Assembly (NCBI RefSeq): GCF_000025945.1
Contig: NC_006138.1
Location: forward strand, 3,480,001-3,512,000
Origin: Desulfotalea psychrophila LSv54
Lineage (GTDB): Bacteria > Desulfobacterota > Desulfobulbia > Desulfobulbales > Desulfocapsaceae
Length of the DNA stretch: 32,000 nt
Direction of reading: 5' to 3'
Made by a program: the position numbers and the translations under genes. Below are positions 19,810-27,519 of this stretch, piece by piece; position 1 is the stretch's first letter; the number at the start of each line of letters is the position of its first letter. The notes under the pieces were generated by a model that had not been told where the DNA came from, made no database searches, and saw only the letters and a program-made list of their open reading frames with translations.

Positions 19810-20640
19810 ATGAAAAACACCCCTTCAGTAGTCCCCGGAAGTCCCATAAAGATCATGGGCATCCTTAACACCACTCCAGATTCATTTTCCGATGGCGGCA
19901 ACTACAATAGCGTCGACAAGGCCTTAGCCCAGGCGGAGAAGCTCATCGCCGACGGTGCCGACATTATTGATATTGGTGGTGAATCGACCCGTCCAGGCTC
20001 TCTTCCAGTTTCGCTAGCCGAGGAGCTGCAACGGGTAATCCCTGTTATTTCTGCCCTGCACGCCATCTCTGCTATCACCATTTCCATAGATACCACCAAG
20101 GCAGAGGTTGCCCGTCAGGCTCTGCTCGCTGGTGCCCATATCATCAATGACATATCGGCCCTTTCCATGGATGAGGCAATGGTAGATGTCCTCCAAGACT
20201 CCACCGCAGATGTGGTGCTTATGCATATGCAGGGCAGGCCGGAAACCATGCAGAATGCACCGGTCTACGACAACGTCACCGAAGAGGTCTATCACTATTT
20301 TGAGAAGCGGATCGAATGGTTAGAGAAAAAAGGTATTAGCCGCAAACGAATCATCGTTGACCCGGGCATTGGCTTTGGCAAAACCCTGCAGCATAATATT
20401 GAGCTACTTAAAAATCTCGATTTTATGGCCTCCCTGGGCTCTGCCCTCCTGCTTGGTCACTCACGTAAGAGGTTCCTAGGGGCCATTACCGGTCGCGACA
20501 CGGGGGACAGGGATCTGGCAACGGCTGTAACCGCGGCCCTCTGCGCCTCACAAAAAATGGATATCGTTCGGGTACATAATGTGGCCGCAACCCGGGATGC
20601 CCTCCTTATCGCCGAGGCCTTGCGTAAAAAAAAGCTGTAA
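19810..20640 (+). CDS. folP: Dihydropteroate synthase
   Basis: 'IKIMGILNTTPDSFSDGGNYNSVDKALAQAEKLIADGADIIDIGGESTRPGS', 'RKRIIVDPGIGFGKTLQHNIELLKN', 'LLGHSRKRFLGAITG'. An in-frame ATG at 19855 is an alternative start. Confidence 0.96.
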   Translation: MKNTPSVVPGSPIKIMGILNTTPDSFSDGGNYNSVDKALAQAEKLIADGADIIDIGGESTRPGSLPVSLAEELQRVIPVISALHAISAITISIDTTKAEVARQALLAGAHIINDISALSMDEAMVDVLQDSTADVVLMHMQGRPETMQNAPVYDNVTEEVYHYFEKRIEWLEKKGISRKRIIVDPGIGFGKTLQHNIELLKNLDFMASLGSALLLGHSRKRFLGAITGRDTGDRDLATAVTAALCASQKMDIVRVHNVAATRDALLIAEALRKKKL

Positions 20641-20646
20641 GACTTG

Positions 20647-20760
20647 AGCTATCAGCTGTCAGAAACTGCCACTGCTTAAAAGCGAAAAGGAAAAGCAGTT
20701 AACCACTGGCAGCCAAGAGCACAGAGATAGAAAAAGATACGAGATACGAGATACGAGAAA
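20647..20760 (+). repeat. Copy A of a modular intergenic sequence family
   Basis: AGCTATCAGCTGTCAG ... GTTAACCACTGGCAGCCAAGAGCACAGAGATAG ... (AGATACG)x3; the same module order occurs at 25407-25519 and part of it, inverted, at 25735-25812. Confidence 0.7.
20735..20758 (+). repeat. 7-bp tandem repeat, AGATACG x3 plus AGA
   Basis: AGATACGAGATACGAGATACGAGA read directly. Confidence 0.9.
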
Positions 20761-20765
20761 AAAAA

Positions 20766-20815
20766 CTTAACAGCTGAAAAAAAAGATTAAAAGATTTTTA
20801 AAAATCAAGCTGTTA
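20766..20815. repeat. Inverted repeat TTAACAGCT ... AGCTGTTAA
   Basis: 9-bp perfect arms at 20766-20774 and 20807-20815 around an A-rich interior. Confidence 0.75.
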
Positions 20816-20818
20816 AAT

Positions 20819-20967
20819 TACTCGCCACTCCGCTCCGCCACTCGTTTGACGCCACTCGTTGTCACTCACTGCTACTCACTGCTACTCGCTGCTGCTCTTT
20901 CTAGTATCCGCCATTCCGCTAACGCTCCACTGCCGCCACTCCGCTCTGCTTCGCTGCTGCTCTTTCT
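20819..20967 (+). repeat. Low-complexity degenerate repeat tract, pyrimidine/CGC rich
   Basis: Multiple imperfect units such as CGCCACTCG, GCTACTCACT, GCTACTCGCT, with 16-bp direct repeat CGCTGCTGCTCTTTCT at 20887-20902 and 20952-20967. Confidence 0.8.
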
Positions 20968-20984
20968 CACAGAGAAAGAACATA

Positions 20985-21743
20985 TTAGACATTTGCAAAG
21001 AGCAGACCGCTGGTGAGCCAGTAATAGATAATATAGCCACCGGCAATCAGCAAAAACAGAGCTGAAATGGTCTGCACATAGGGAAAGACCCTACGAAAAA
21101 ATTTCTCCATCGCTCCCTGCTTAAGAACCACCATGCCCATGGTCAAAGAGGCCAGAACAAAAAATACCCCACAGATATAGATAATAAACTGGGCAAAGGC
21201 CCCAGCCAAATTATCCGTCGCCACAGAGTTCATCACCACGGCAAGAAAAATAGGCAGGGTACAGCTTGTGGAGGCCGCACCATAGGCCACCCCAAAGAGA
21301 TAAAACCCCAGCACCGATATTTTCCGTGGATCACCAATTCTATTGGCTAGCCGCAGCATAAAGGGCAGGGAGACATGTTTTCCCAGGAGTAACCACAAGC
21401 CAAGAAACATTAGAAGAAATCCCACAATCAGGGCTATCCAGGGGGTAAAACTCAACAGATAAGAGCCACCATAGGCAATGGCAAAGCCCACCACCCCAAA
21501 CAGAGAGGCAAAGCCCAGGGTAAGGACAAGGGCAACACCTATTGCCCGCAAGATCTTATACAAAAATGATCTTGAGGCATAATCATCCTCCGTCGCCCCA
21601 ATATAGAGAGAAACATATACAGGGAGCATAACAAAACCACAGGGGTTCACCGCCGAAACCATTCCCGCCCCAAAGGCGTAGCCCACCTGTAAATGTGTAG
21701 CAAGAAAAGTTAAGCCCTCACTGGCCAATACCTGCAATCCCAT
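20985..21743 (-). CDS. CcdA/DsbD-family membrane protein (cytochrome c biogenesis transmembrane)
   Basis: 'GYAFGAGMVSAVNPCGFVMLPVYVSLYIG' and 'FLFGVAYGAASTSCTLPIFLAVV' contain the paired cysteines of CcdA-type proteins; several TM segments. Confidence 0.85.
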   Translation of the reverse strand: MGLQVLASEGLTFLATHLQVGYAFGAGMVSAVNPCGFVMLPVYVSLYIGATEDDYASRSFLYKILRAIGVALVLTLGFASLFGVVGFAIAYGGSYLLSFTPWIALIVGFLLMFLGLWLLLGKHVSLPFMLRLANRIGDPRKISVLGFYLFGVAYGAASTSCTLPIFLAVVMNSVATDNLAGAFAQFIIYICGVFFVLASLTMGMVVLKQGAMEKFFRRVFPYVQTISALFLLIAGGYIIYYWLTSGLLFANV

Positions 21744-21940
21744 ATCCCCTCCATTTTATATTTAATAACAGATAGTAAGGACAAAAAAAAACATCCCTGC
21801 CCAGAGCATTAACTCTTTGCCCAGAACTCTTTACAGTGGAATAATTACCCCCACTACTGTACTGTGCCATAGAAACACTTCGCTGTATACGATAAAGCAT
21901 ACAACGCTAATACCCTCTCTATAATGCACGGAGAAAGAAG

Positions 21941-22903
21941 ATGCAAAAAACTCTCGTCCTAGTATTACTTGTCCTACTCTCCTGCGTCCACAGTAGTTGG
22001 GCTGCTCCTCATAAAATTTCAGTAAATCAATTTGTTGAGCATCCATCTCTCGATGCGGTACTACTGGGTTTTCAGGATTATCTTAAAGAAAATGGGGTTG
22101 AAGCAGAGTATTCTGTCCATACCGCCCAGGCCAATATGGGAACAGCTGGACAAATTGCCAAACAGATGCTCGGCGAGGATGCGGATCTCTTCCTCTCCAT
22201 CACCACTCCATCTTCCCAGGCCTGCGCCCAGGCCCTCTCCCGCGCCCCCGAAGCTCTGAAAAAGCCACTGCTCTTTACCGCTGTAACCAACCCGGTAGCA
22301 GCCGGACTGGTAAAAGATCTCCAGCATCCCAAAAATAATATCACCGGGGTAGCCGACAAGCTCCCACTTAAAGAACATCTACAGATGCTTCTTGAGTATG
22401 TGCCAAGAGCCAAGAGAATAGGCGTACTCTATAATGCGGGAGAGATAAATTCCAAGGCAACGGTTACAGAACTGAAAAGACTTGCCGCCAAGATGAATAT
22501 CAAAATAGTTGAAGCCACTGTCTCCAAGACAGCCGATGTTTATCAGGCAGCCAATAGCCTGGTGGGACGAGTTGATCTGGTCTTTATCCCTACGGACAAC
22601 ACCATTATTTCCGCCCTCGAATCCGTACTCAAGGTAGGTATCCAAAATCAAATGCCTATCTTTTCCGCCGATGTTGACTCGGTGAAACGAGGTACCGTTG
22701 CGGCCATGGGCTTTGATTATTACAAGCATGGCAGGCAGACAGGTGCCATGGCAGAGCGTATCTTCAAGGGTACAGCCCCCGCAGATATCCCCGTTGAATT
22801 CCAAAAAGACCTGGAACTCTATATCAACCTAACAGCATCGAAAAAAATGGGTCTCACTCCTCCGGAAACACTCATCAAAAAAGCATCCCATATCATCAAA
22901 TAA
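21941..22903 (+). CDS. ABC transporter substrate-binding protein, TrpX-like (PF04392-type)
   Basis: Signal peptide; 'KISVNQFVEHPSLDAVLLGFQDYLKENGV', 'LFTAVTNPVAAGLV', 'KRIGVLYNAGEINSKATVTELKRLA', 'DLVFIPTDNTIISALESV'. Confidence 0.9.
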   Translation: MQKTLVLVLLVLLSCVHSSWAAPHKISVNQFVEHPSLDAVLLGFQDYLKENGVEAEYSVHTAQANMGTAGQIAKQMLGEDADLFLSITTPSSQACAQALSRAPEALKKPLLFTAVTNPVAAGLVKDLQHPKNNITGVADKLPLKEHLQMLLEYVPRAKRIGVLYNAGEINSKATVTELKRLAAKMNIKIVEATVSKTADVYQAANSLVGRVDLVFIPTDNTIISALESVLKVGIQNQMPIFSADVDSVKRGTVAAMGFDYYKHGRQTGAMAERIFKGTAPADIPVEFQKDLELYINLTASKKMGLTPPETLIKKASHIIK

Positions 22904-22918
22904 TTTTTTGGATCTCTT

Positions 22919-23806
22919 ATGACTTTCTACGCAGCCCTTGGTGCCGTTGAAATAGGCCTTGCCTACGGCATCATGGTCATTGGTGTATATATCACCTTTC
23001 GCATCCTTGATTTTCCTGATCTCACCGTTGACGGTAGCCTCCCCTTGGGGGCTGCCATTTCCGCTGTTGCCATCAGCCATGGCGTCAATCCATACCTCTC
23101 CCTACTCCTGGCCCTCGGGGCAGGATTTCTGGCAGGAATGGTCACGGCAATTCTTAATACCAAGCTGAAGATTCTCCATCTTCTTGCCTCTATTTTGACC
23201 ATGATAGCCCTCTATTCAATCAACATTCGTATCATGTCCGGGCCCAACATCGCCCTACTGGGAGCAGATACCGTTTTTGATTTGCCCACCCGACTGGGTA
23301 TCCCGGGCCAGTGGGCGGCAACGGCAGTTTTTGCCACCATTGGCCTCATCGCCCTGCTGGCGATTATCTGGTTCATGACAACGGAGATAGGGCAGGTAAC
23401 TTTGGCCACCGGCGATAATCCACAGATGATACGTACCCTGGGCGTTGATACCGACAAGGTTATCATCTTCGGCGTTGGTCTCTCCAATGCCCTGGTGGCC
23501 CTCAGTGGTGCTCTGGTCGCCCAAAATCAAGGCGCCGCCGATGTGGGCATGGGCATTGGAACCATCGTGGCCGGTCTTGCCTCGGTTATCATTGGCGAAA
23601 CAGTCTTTGGCTGTAACACAATTGCCCGAGCATTTATTGCCGCCCTTCTAGGCTCTATTACCTATCGCCTGGCCATAGCCTTGGCTTTGGGACTGCATAT
23701 TGGTGATTTTCACTTTAATCCAAGTGATCTTAACCTAATAACTGCAGTTCTTGTTATCGTTGCCCTTACCGCTCCCTCCATCAAAAAAGGATTGATACGC
23801 CGGTGA
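22919..23806 (+). CDS. ABC transporter permease of the same TrpX-type system
   Basis: 'GLAYGIMVIGVYITFRILDFPDLTVDGSLPLGAAISAVAI' and 'ANQGAADVGMGIGTIVAGLASVIIGE'. Confidence 0.9.
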   Translation: MTFYAALGAVEIGLAYGIMVIGVYITFRILDFPDLTVDGSLPLGAAISAVAISHGVNPYLSLLLALGAGFLAGMVTAILNTKLKILHLLASILTMIALYSINIRIMSGPNIALLGADTVFDLPTRLGIPGQWAATAVFATIGLIALLAIIWFMTTEIGQVTLATGDNPQMIRTLGVDTDKVIIFGVGLSNALVALSGALVAQNQGAADVGMGIGTIVAGLASVIIGETVFGCNTIARAFIAALLGSITYRLAIALALGLHIGDFHFNPSDLNLITAVLVIVALTAPSIKKGLIRR

Positions 23807-24597
23807 TTATTCTAGAAAATTGCATGAAACGATTCCACCAGGGAACGGCAAGCGAAGTGGTGGCCTTAAAGGACATGAGCCTCCAGATCAAGCTCGGTGA
23901 ATTTGTTACGGTCATTGGCTCCAATGGCGCGGGCAAATCCAGTCTCCTTAACTGCATCGGTGGCAGCTTCCTTATTGATTCAGGAAAACTACAGATCTGC
24001 GGGCAGAACATGAGCAAGTGGCCGGAATACAAACGGGCCAAATATATCTCTCGCGTCTTCCAAGATCCTATGAAGGGCACCTGCCCCTCGGCCACCATTG
24101 AACAAAACATGGCCCTTGCCCTACGTCGAGGCCTGTCACGAGGGCTAAGCAAGGGAGTAAAGCCAGAGTACCTTGACAGATTCAGAGAGGCACTCTCCCT
24201 GTTAGATCTGGGCTTAGAGAATAGACTCGGTGACCGGGTTGGCCTTCTTTCCGGTGGGCAAAGACAGGCAATGACCATGCTGATGGCAACCCTACGCCGA
24301 CCGGAGGTACTCCTCCTCGATGAACATATTGCCGCCCTTGACCCCAAGACTGCAGCTCAAATCATGTCCATCACCAAAAAAATTGTTGAAGAACAACAAC
24401 TCACCACCCTGATGATTACCCATAATATGAAACATGCCATTGAGTTTGGTGACAGACTCATCATGCTCCACCAGGGCAAGGTGCTTTTTGATATTCATGG
24501 CAAAGATAAGAAGGAACTTACCGTTGAGAAACTTCTCGGTAAATTTTACCAGAGTCAGGGAGAGGAGTTAAACTCAGACTCCCTGTTGCTTGGCTAG
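23803..24597 (+). CDS. ABC transporter ATP-binding protein
   Basis: Walker A 'GSNGAGKSS', signature 'LLSGGQRQAMTMLMA', Walker B 'EVLLLDEHIAALDPK'; 4-nt overlap with the permease. Confidence 0.94.
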   Translation: MIILENCMKRFHQGTASEVVALKDMSLQIKLGEFVTVIGSNGAGKSSLLNCIGGSFLIDSGKLQICGQNMSKWPEYKRAKYISRVFQDPMKGTCPSATIEQNMALALRRGLSRGLSKGVKPEYLDRFREALSLLDLGLENRLGDRVGLLSGGQRQAMTMLMATLRRPEVLLLDEHIAALDPKTAAQIMSITKKIVEEQQLTTLMITHNMKHAIEFGDRLIMLHQGKVLFDIHGKDKKELTVEKLLGKFYQSQGEELNSDSLLLG

Positions 24598-24610
24598 AGG
24601 GCAACATAAA

Positions 24611-25291
24611 TCAGACAAGCAAAGAAATAAGCTCCTGAATACCTGCTGTTGCTCGCTTATTAATAAAGTGATAGTCCAAATCGTGATTAATTTTAGGTTT
24701 ATGGGGATCCACCAGATATATGGGAGCTCCAGCCTTCACATACTCGGTCAGACTTGCGGCAGGATAAACAGCAAGGGAGGTGCCTATTATAACAAAAATA
24801 TCTGCTGTTAAACAGATGTTGACAGCCTCTTCAATGGCAGGGACCGCCTCACCAAACCAGACGATATGTGGCCGTAACTGGCCACCATCTTCAGCTCTCT
24901 CCTCCAGCCCAACCTGACGATAACCAATATCATAGACAAGGGCAGAATTGGAACAGCTTTCCACCTTAGTCAATTCACCGTGGAGATGAAGTACCCGAGA
25001 ACTCCCCGCCCTCTCATGCAGATCATCAACGTTTTGAGTGACAATATGTACTTCGAACCTCTCTTCCAACTGAGCCAGGGCAAGATGACCGCCGTTTGGC
25101 ACACTATCACGAAGCTGTACCCTACGCTCATTGTAAAACTGATTGACCAAGCCCTTATCCCGCACCCAACCCTCCGGACTTGCAACCTCCATTACATCGT
25201 AATTCTCCCACAAACCACCAGAATCACGAAAAGTGGCAAAACCACTTTCGGCACTCATCCCAGCACCCGTCAGGACAACAAGTCGTTTCAT
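24611..25291 (-). CDS. Sir2-family NAD-dependent protein deacylase, apparently without canonical zinc-ribbon cysteines
   Basis: 'VVLTGAGMSAESGFATFRDSGGLWENYDVMEVASPEGW', 'VTQNVDDLHERAG', 'LHLHGEL', 'LRPHIVWFGEAVP', 'IIGTSLAVYPAASL'. Confidence 0.93.
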   Translation of the reverse strand: MKRLVVLTGAGMSAESGFATFRDSGGLWENYDVMEVASPEGWVRDKGLVNQFYNERRVQLRDSVPNGGHLALAQLEERFEVHIVTQNVDDLHERAGSSRVLHLHGELTKVESCSNSALVYDIGYRQVGLEERAEDGGQLRPHIVWFGEAVPAIEEAVNICLTADIFVIIGTSLAVYPAASLTEYVKAGAPIYLVDPHKPKINHDLDYHFINKRATAGIQELISLLV

Positions 25292-25406
25292 ATTTTACTC
25301 TCCATTATCAATAATGATATTCTGCCTGATAAAAACTTTACACTTTACCCAAAATACCATCTTCCCTCCATCTGTTCAAACTAGAAACAAGAAAGCTATC
25401 AGTTCT

Positions 25407-25519
25407 CAGCTATCAGCTGTAAGAAAGGGCAAAAAGTTAACCACAGAGATGGGGAGAACACGGAGAAGGATTTTTTAGGTAAAGGACTGAAAAAAAGATA
25501 CTAGATGTTAGATACTAGA
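25407..25519 (+). repeat. Copy B of the modular intergenic sequence family
   Basis: CAGCTATCAGCTGTAAG ... GTTAACCACAGAGATGGGGAGAACACGGAG ... AGATACTAGATGTTAGATACTAGA. Confidence 0.7.
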
Positions 25520-25629
25520 AAGGACAGAAAAACAGCAGTGAAGTGGGATGGTGAGTGCTTTAATGTATTGATATTGATGGACATATTCGAGAATAATGCT
25601 ATGCCGAAAGTACGATGGGACTAGATCGG

Positions 25630-25652
25630 AGACGCGATAAATCGACGTCTCT
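25630..25652. repeat. Small imperfect palindrome GAGACGCGATAAATCGACGTCTC
   Basis: Arms GAGACG-CGAT and ATCG-A-CGTCTC with one bulged base, read directly. Confidence 0.7.
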
Positions 25653-25734
25653 ACGGGCTGTGCTTTAGGGGAAATTGGTAAACCCCGCCAACCTACCAAC
25701 AAGAAGAGTAGGCAGTGACAGTTTAAATAATTTC

Positions 25735-25812
25735 CTCTGTGCTCTCGGTTCCAGTGGTTAACCCTTTTGCTTTTGCTCTTCGTTTTTGCTTTTTCCTGAC
25801 AGCTTATAGCTG
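25735..25812 (-). repeat. Copy C of the modular intergenic family, inverted relative to copy B
   Basis: Reverse complement reads CAGCTATAAGCTGTCAGGAAAAAGC...GGGTTAACCACTGGAACCGAGAGCACAGAG, closely matching copy A's GTTAACCACTGGCAGCCAAGAGCACAGAG. Confidence 0.7.
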
Positions 25813-25870
25813 TTGTTCGCTTACCGCTTTTTCTCGCTTTAATACGAGTTCTTAACCAAACATCACTACA

Positions 25871-25902
25871 AAAAAAAACCCCCTGCAAAGCGAGGGGGTT
25901 TT
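25871..25902 (-). terminator. Rho-independent terminator downstream of the ZraP-like gene
   Basis: 8-bp stem AACCCCCT/AGGGGGTT with 8-nt loop; on the minus strand followed by a T-run. Confidence 0.85.
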
Positions 25903-25913
25903 ATAGAAATTTT

Positions 25914-26648
25914 CTAGTTATGTTGGTACATGCCTGGGCCATTTCCCCTCGGCCCATCCCCCATATGACCGCCGCGCTCGAAACCATGTCCCCGACGACC
26001 TGCCCCCGTCGGACAGCCATATTGAGGACCCGGACCCCTTGAACCACTCACAAAATAGGCGGGAACCCCTGCTTTTTTTGCCTTGTCCTGAAGAGAGGTA
26101 CGCAAATCAAAAATATCTCCAGTCACGGCTGCCACCTGAGCAAGATCTGGATTCACCGCTCGCATAAGGGCCCTCTTCTCCCCCAACTTCATGGCAAGCC
26201 CTCTTCTTAACTTCTTATTGGCAGTATTAAAGGCCACTATCTTATCCCGACTTACCTGATCACCCACCTGCGTCTGAGCAACTACTGAACCAGGACCATT
26301 CAGAAAACGACAGTAGGGAGAATTATTCATCCCAGCCTTAAAGGCCTTATTCTGAATTTTGTTGCGCAAAGTAAAAATTTCGCCTGAAAGTTTACCGGCA
26401 AGAACAGGGTCAGGATTTTGACCTCTATAGAGGGCTCGTTGTTGAGACATTTTGATAGCCATCTTTTTCAAAACTGCCTGATTATCTGTCCGGAAACGAA
26501 ACATATCATCACGATTTACCTGCTGAGAACAAGGAGATGAATTGCCATTTCTCATATGCTTTCCCTCACCCTGCTGCCACCCCGCTGAAGCCATTCCTGC
26601 ACCCGCTATACCAAGAAGAAGAACCGCACTCACTATTATTTTTTTCAT
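25914..26648 (-). CDS. ZraP/CpxP/Spy-like periplasmic protein with internal duplication
   Basis: Signal peptide MKKIIVSAVLLLGIAGAGMASAG; two copies of a (F-x-T-x-N...A-x-K-x...R-A-L-x-R/G-x-N-P-D...G-x-I-F-x-L-R) unit; Gly/His-rich C-terminus. Start at 26648 instead of ORF-track 26699. Confidence 0.75.
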   Translation of the reverse strand: MKKIIVSAVLLLGIAGAGMASAGWQQGEGKHMRNGNSSPCSQQVNRDDMFRFRTDNQAVLKKMAIKMSQQRALYRGQNPDPVLAGKLSGEIFTLRNKIQNKAFKAGMNNSPYCRFLNGPGSVVAQTQVGDQVSRDKIVAFNTANKKLRRGLAMKLGEKRALMRAVNPDLAQVAAVTGDIFDLRTSLQDKAKKAGVPAYFVSGSRGPGPQYGCPTGAGRRGHGFERGGHMGDGPRGNGPGMYQHN

Positions 26649-27057
26649 AGATTTACTCCCAAGAAAATATTTTATCTCACACGAACATGGTTGATACATA
26701 TGATTTTAATAGCAACAGGCATGCCAACAACCAAGCAGATCCTCAAGCTACTGCTTTTACGTCAAAAAGACAGAAAAAGAGCACCACTTCGCCTCAAGGT
26801 CCTGGGTATTTTTTACCCAGCAGACAAGTTCTATTAGGGAAAATATATCCACCGACACCTCATCCCTGTGGCAAATTCACTGTGTTTAAAAGGCACATCC
26901 CCATCCTTACTCGCCCTGGCATAAGAGAAGCAAAGAACTCACAGCAAAGCATAAGCATTTGATACAAAAAGATAATTATCATTACCAGCAGTCATGGAAA
27001 AATTTGGCCTATTTTATGCATTAAAATAAGTTCAACTATCTTTCAAGAAGGAGAATC

Positions 27058-27336
27058 ATGCTCTACTCAAACTCCCAAGACAATAGAATCGCTGCTGACA
27101 ATGACTTTTTTTCAGCATGCTCAATAAGCCTGCGCACGATCATCATCTACACCCTGTCAACGCTCATAAGCCTTACAGTTCTCAGTTACCGGGCCCTTCT
27201 TGGAACTATTCGTCTCACCTTCAAATATTCCACAAGAATAATCTTTTATTCCCTGCTGGCCATTGCCCTTGTTTCAGCAATTTTGCTACTCTCCAGTATC
27301 TATGTCATCACCCTGGGCACCCTCCATTTTCCCTGA
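27058..27336 (+). CDS. Small hypothetical membrane protein (92 aa)
   Basis: AAGGAG ribosome-binding site upstream of ATG and hydrophobic stretch 'IIFYSLLAIALVSAILLLSSIYVITLGTL'; no family recognised. Confidence 0.5.
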   Translation: MLYSNSQDNRIAADNDFFSACSISLRTIIIYTLSTLISLTVLSYRALLGTIRLTFKYSTRIIFYSLLAIALVSAILLLSSIYVITLGTLHFP

Positions 27337-27519
27337 TAGCAGTCCCCCTGTAGCCTGTGCCAATAAACAGGAGACAACAAAATGCAACTCAAAGTTCTTT
27401 ATTGCCGGGCCAATCTGACCCGGCAAGACCAACACTCTCCTCATATTCTATCTCTCTCTTCAGCGCTTAGCAAATAGAGGATCAGAACATAGCCCTTCTT
27501 CTCTCGGCAAAAAATTGTT

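Noticed and set aside
20735-20758. AGATACG tandem repeats considered as a CRISPR or satellite array
   Set aside because: Only three 7-bp units with no spacers and no cas genes; treated as a microrepeat module instead.
20962-20978. CTTTCTC-ACA-GAGAAAG hairpin as the terminator of the ccdA-like gene
   Set aside because: Only a 7-bp, mostly A/T stem with a 3-nt loop and no following T-run on the minus strand; weak evidence.
25508-25888. 126-aa minus-strand ORF inside the repeat-rich interval
   Set aside because: It spans copies B/C of the repeat family and the small palindrome; the translation is low-complexity (KARKSGKRTTAISCQEKAKTKSKSKR), indicating an open frame through noncoding repeats.
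26687-26962. 91-aa ORF upstream of the 92-aa small membrane protein
   Set aside because: No ribosome-binding site, no recognisable domain or signal, and its start falls at the 5' region of the divergent zraP-like gene. A real small gene cannot be excluded but is unsupported.
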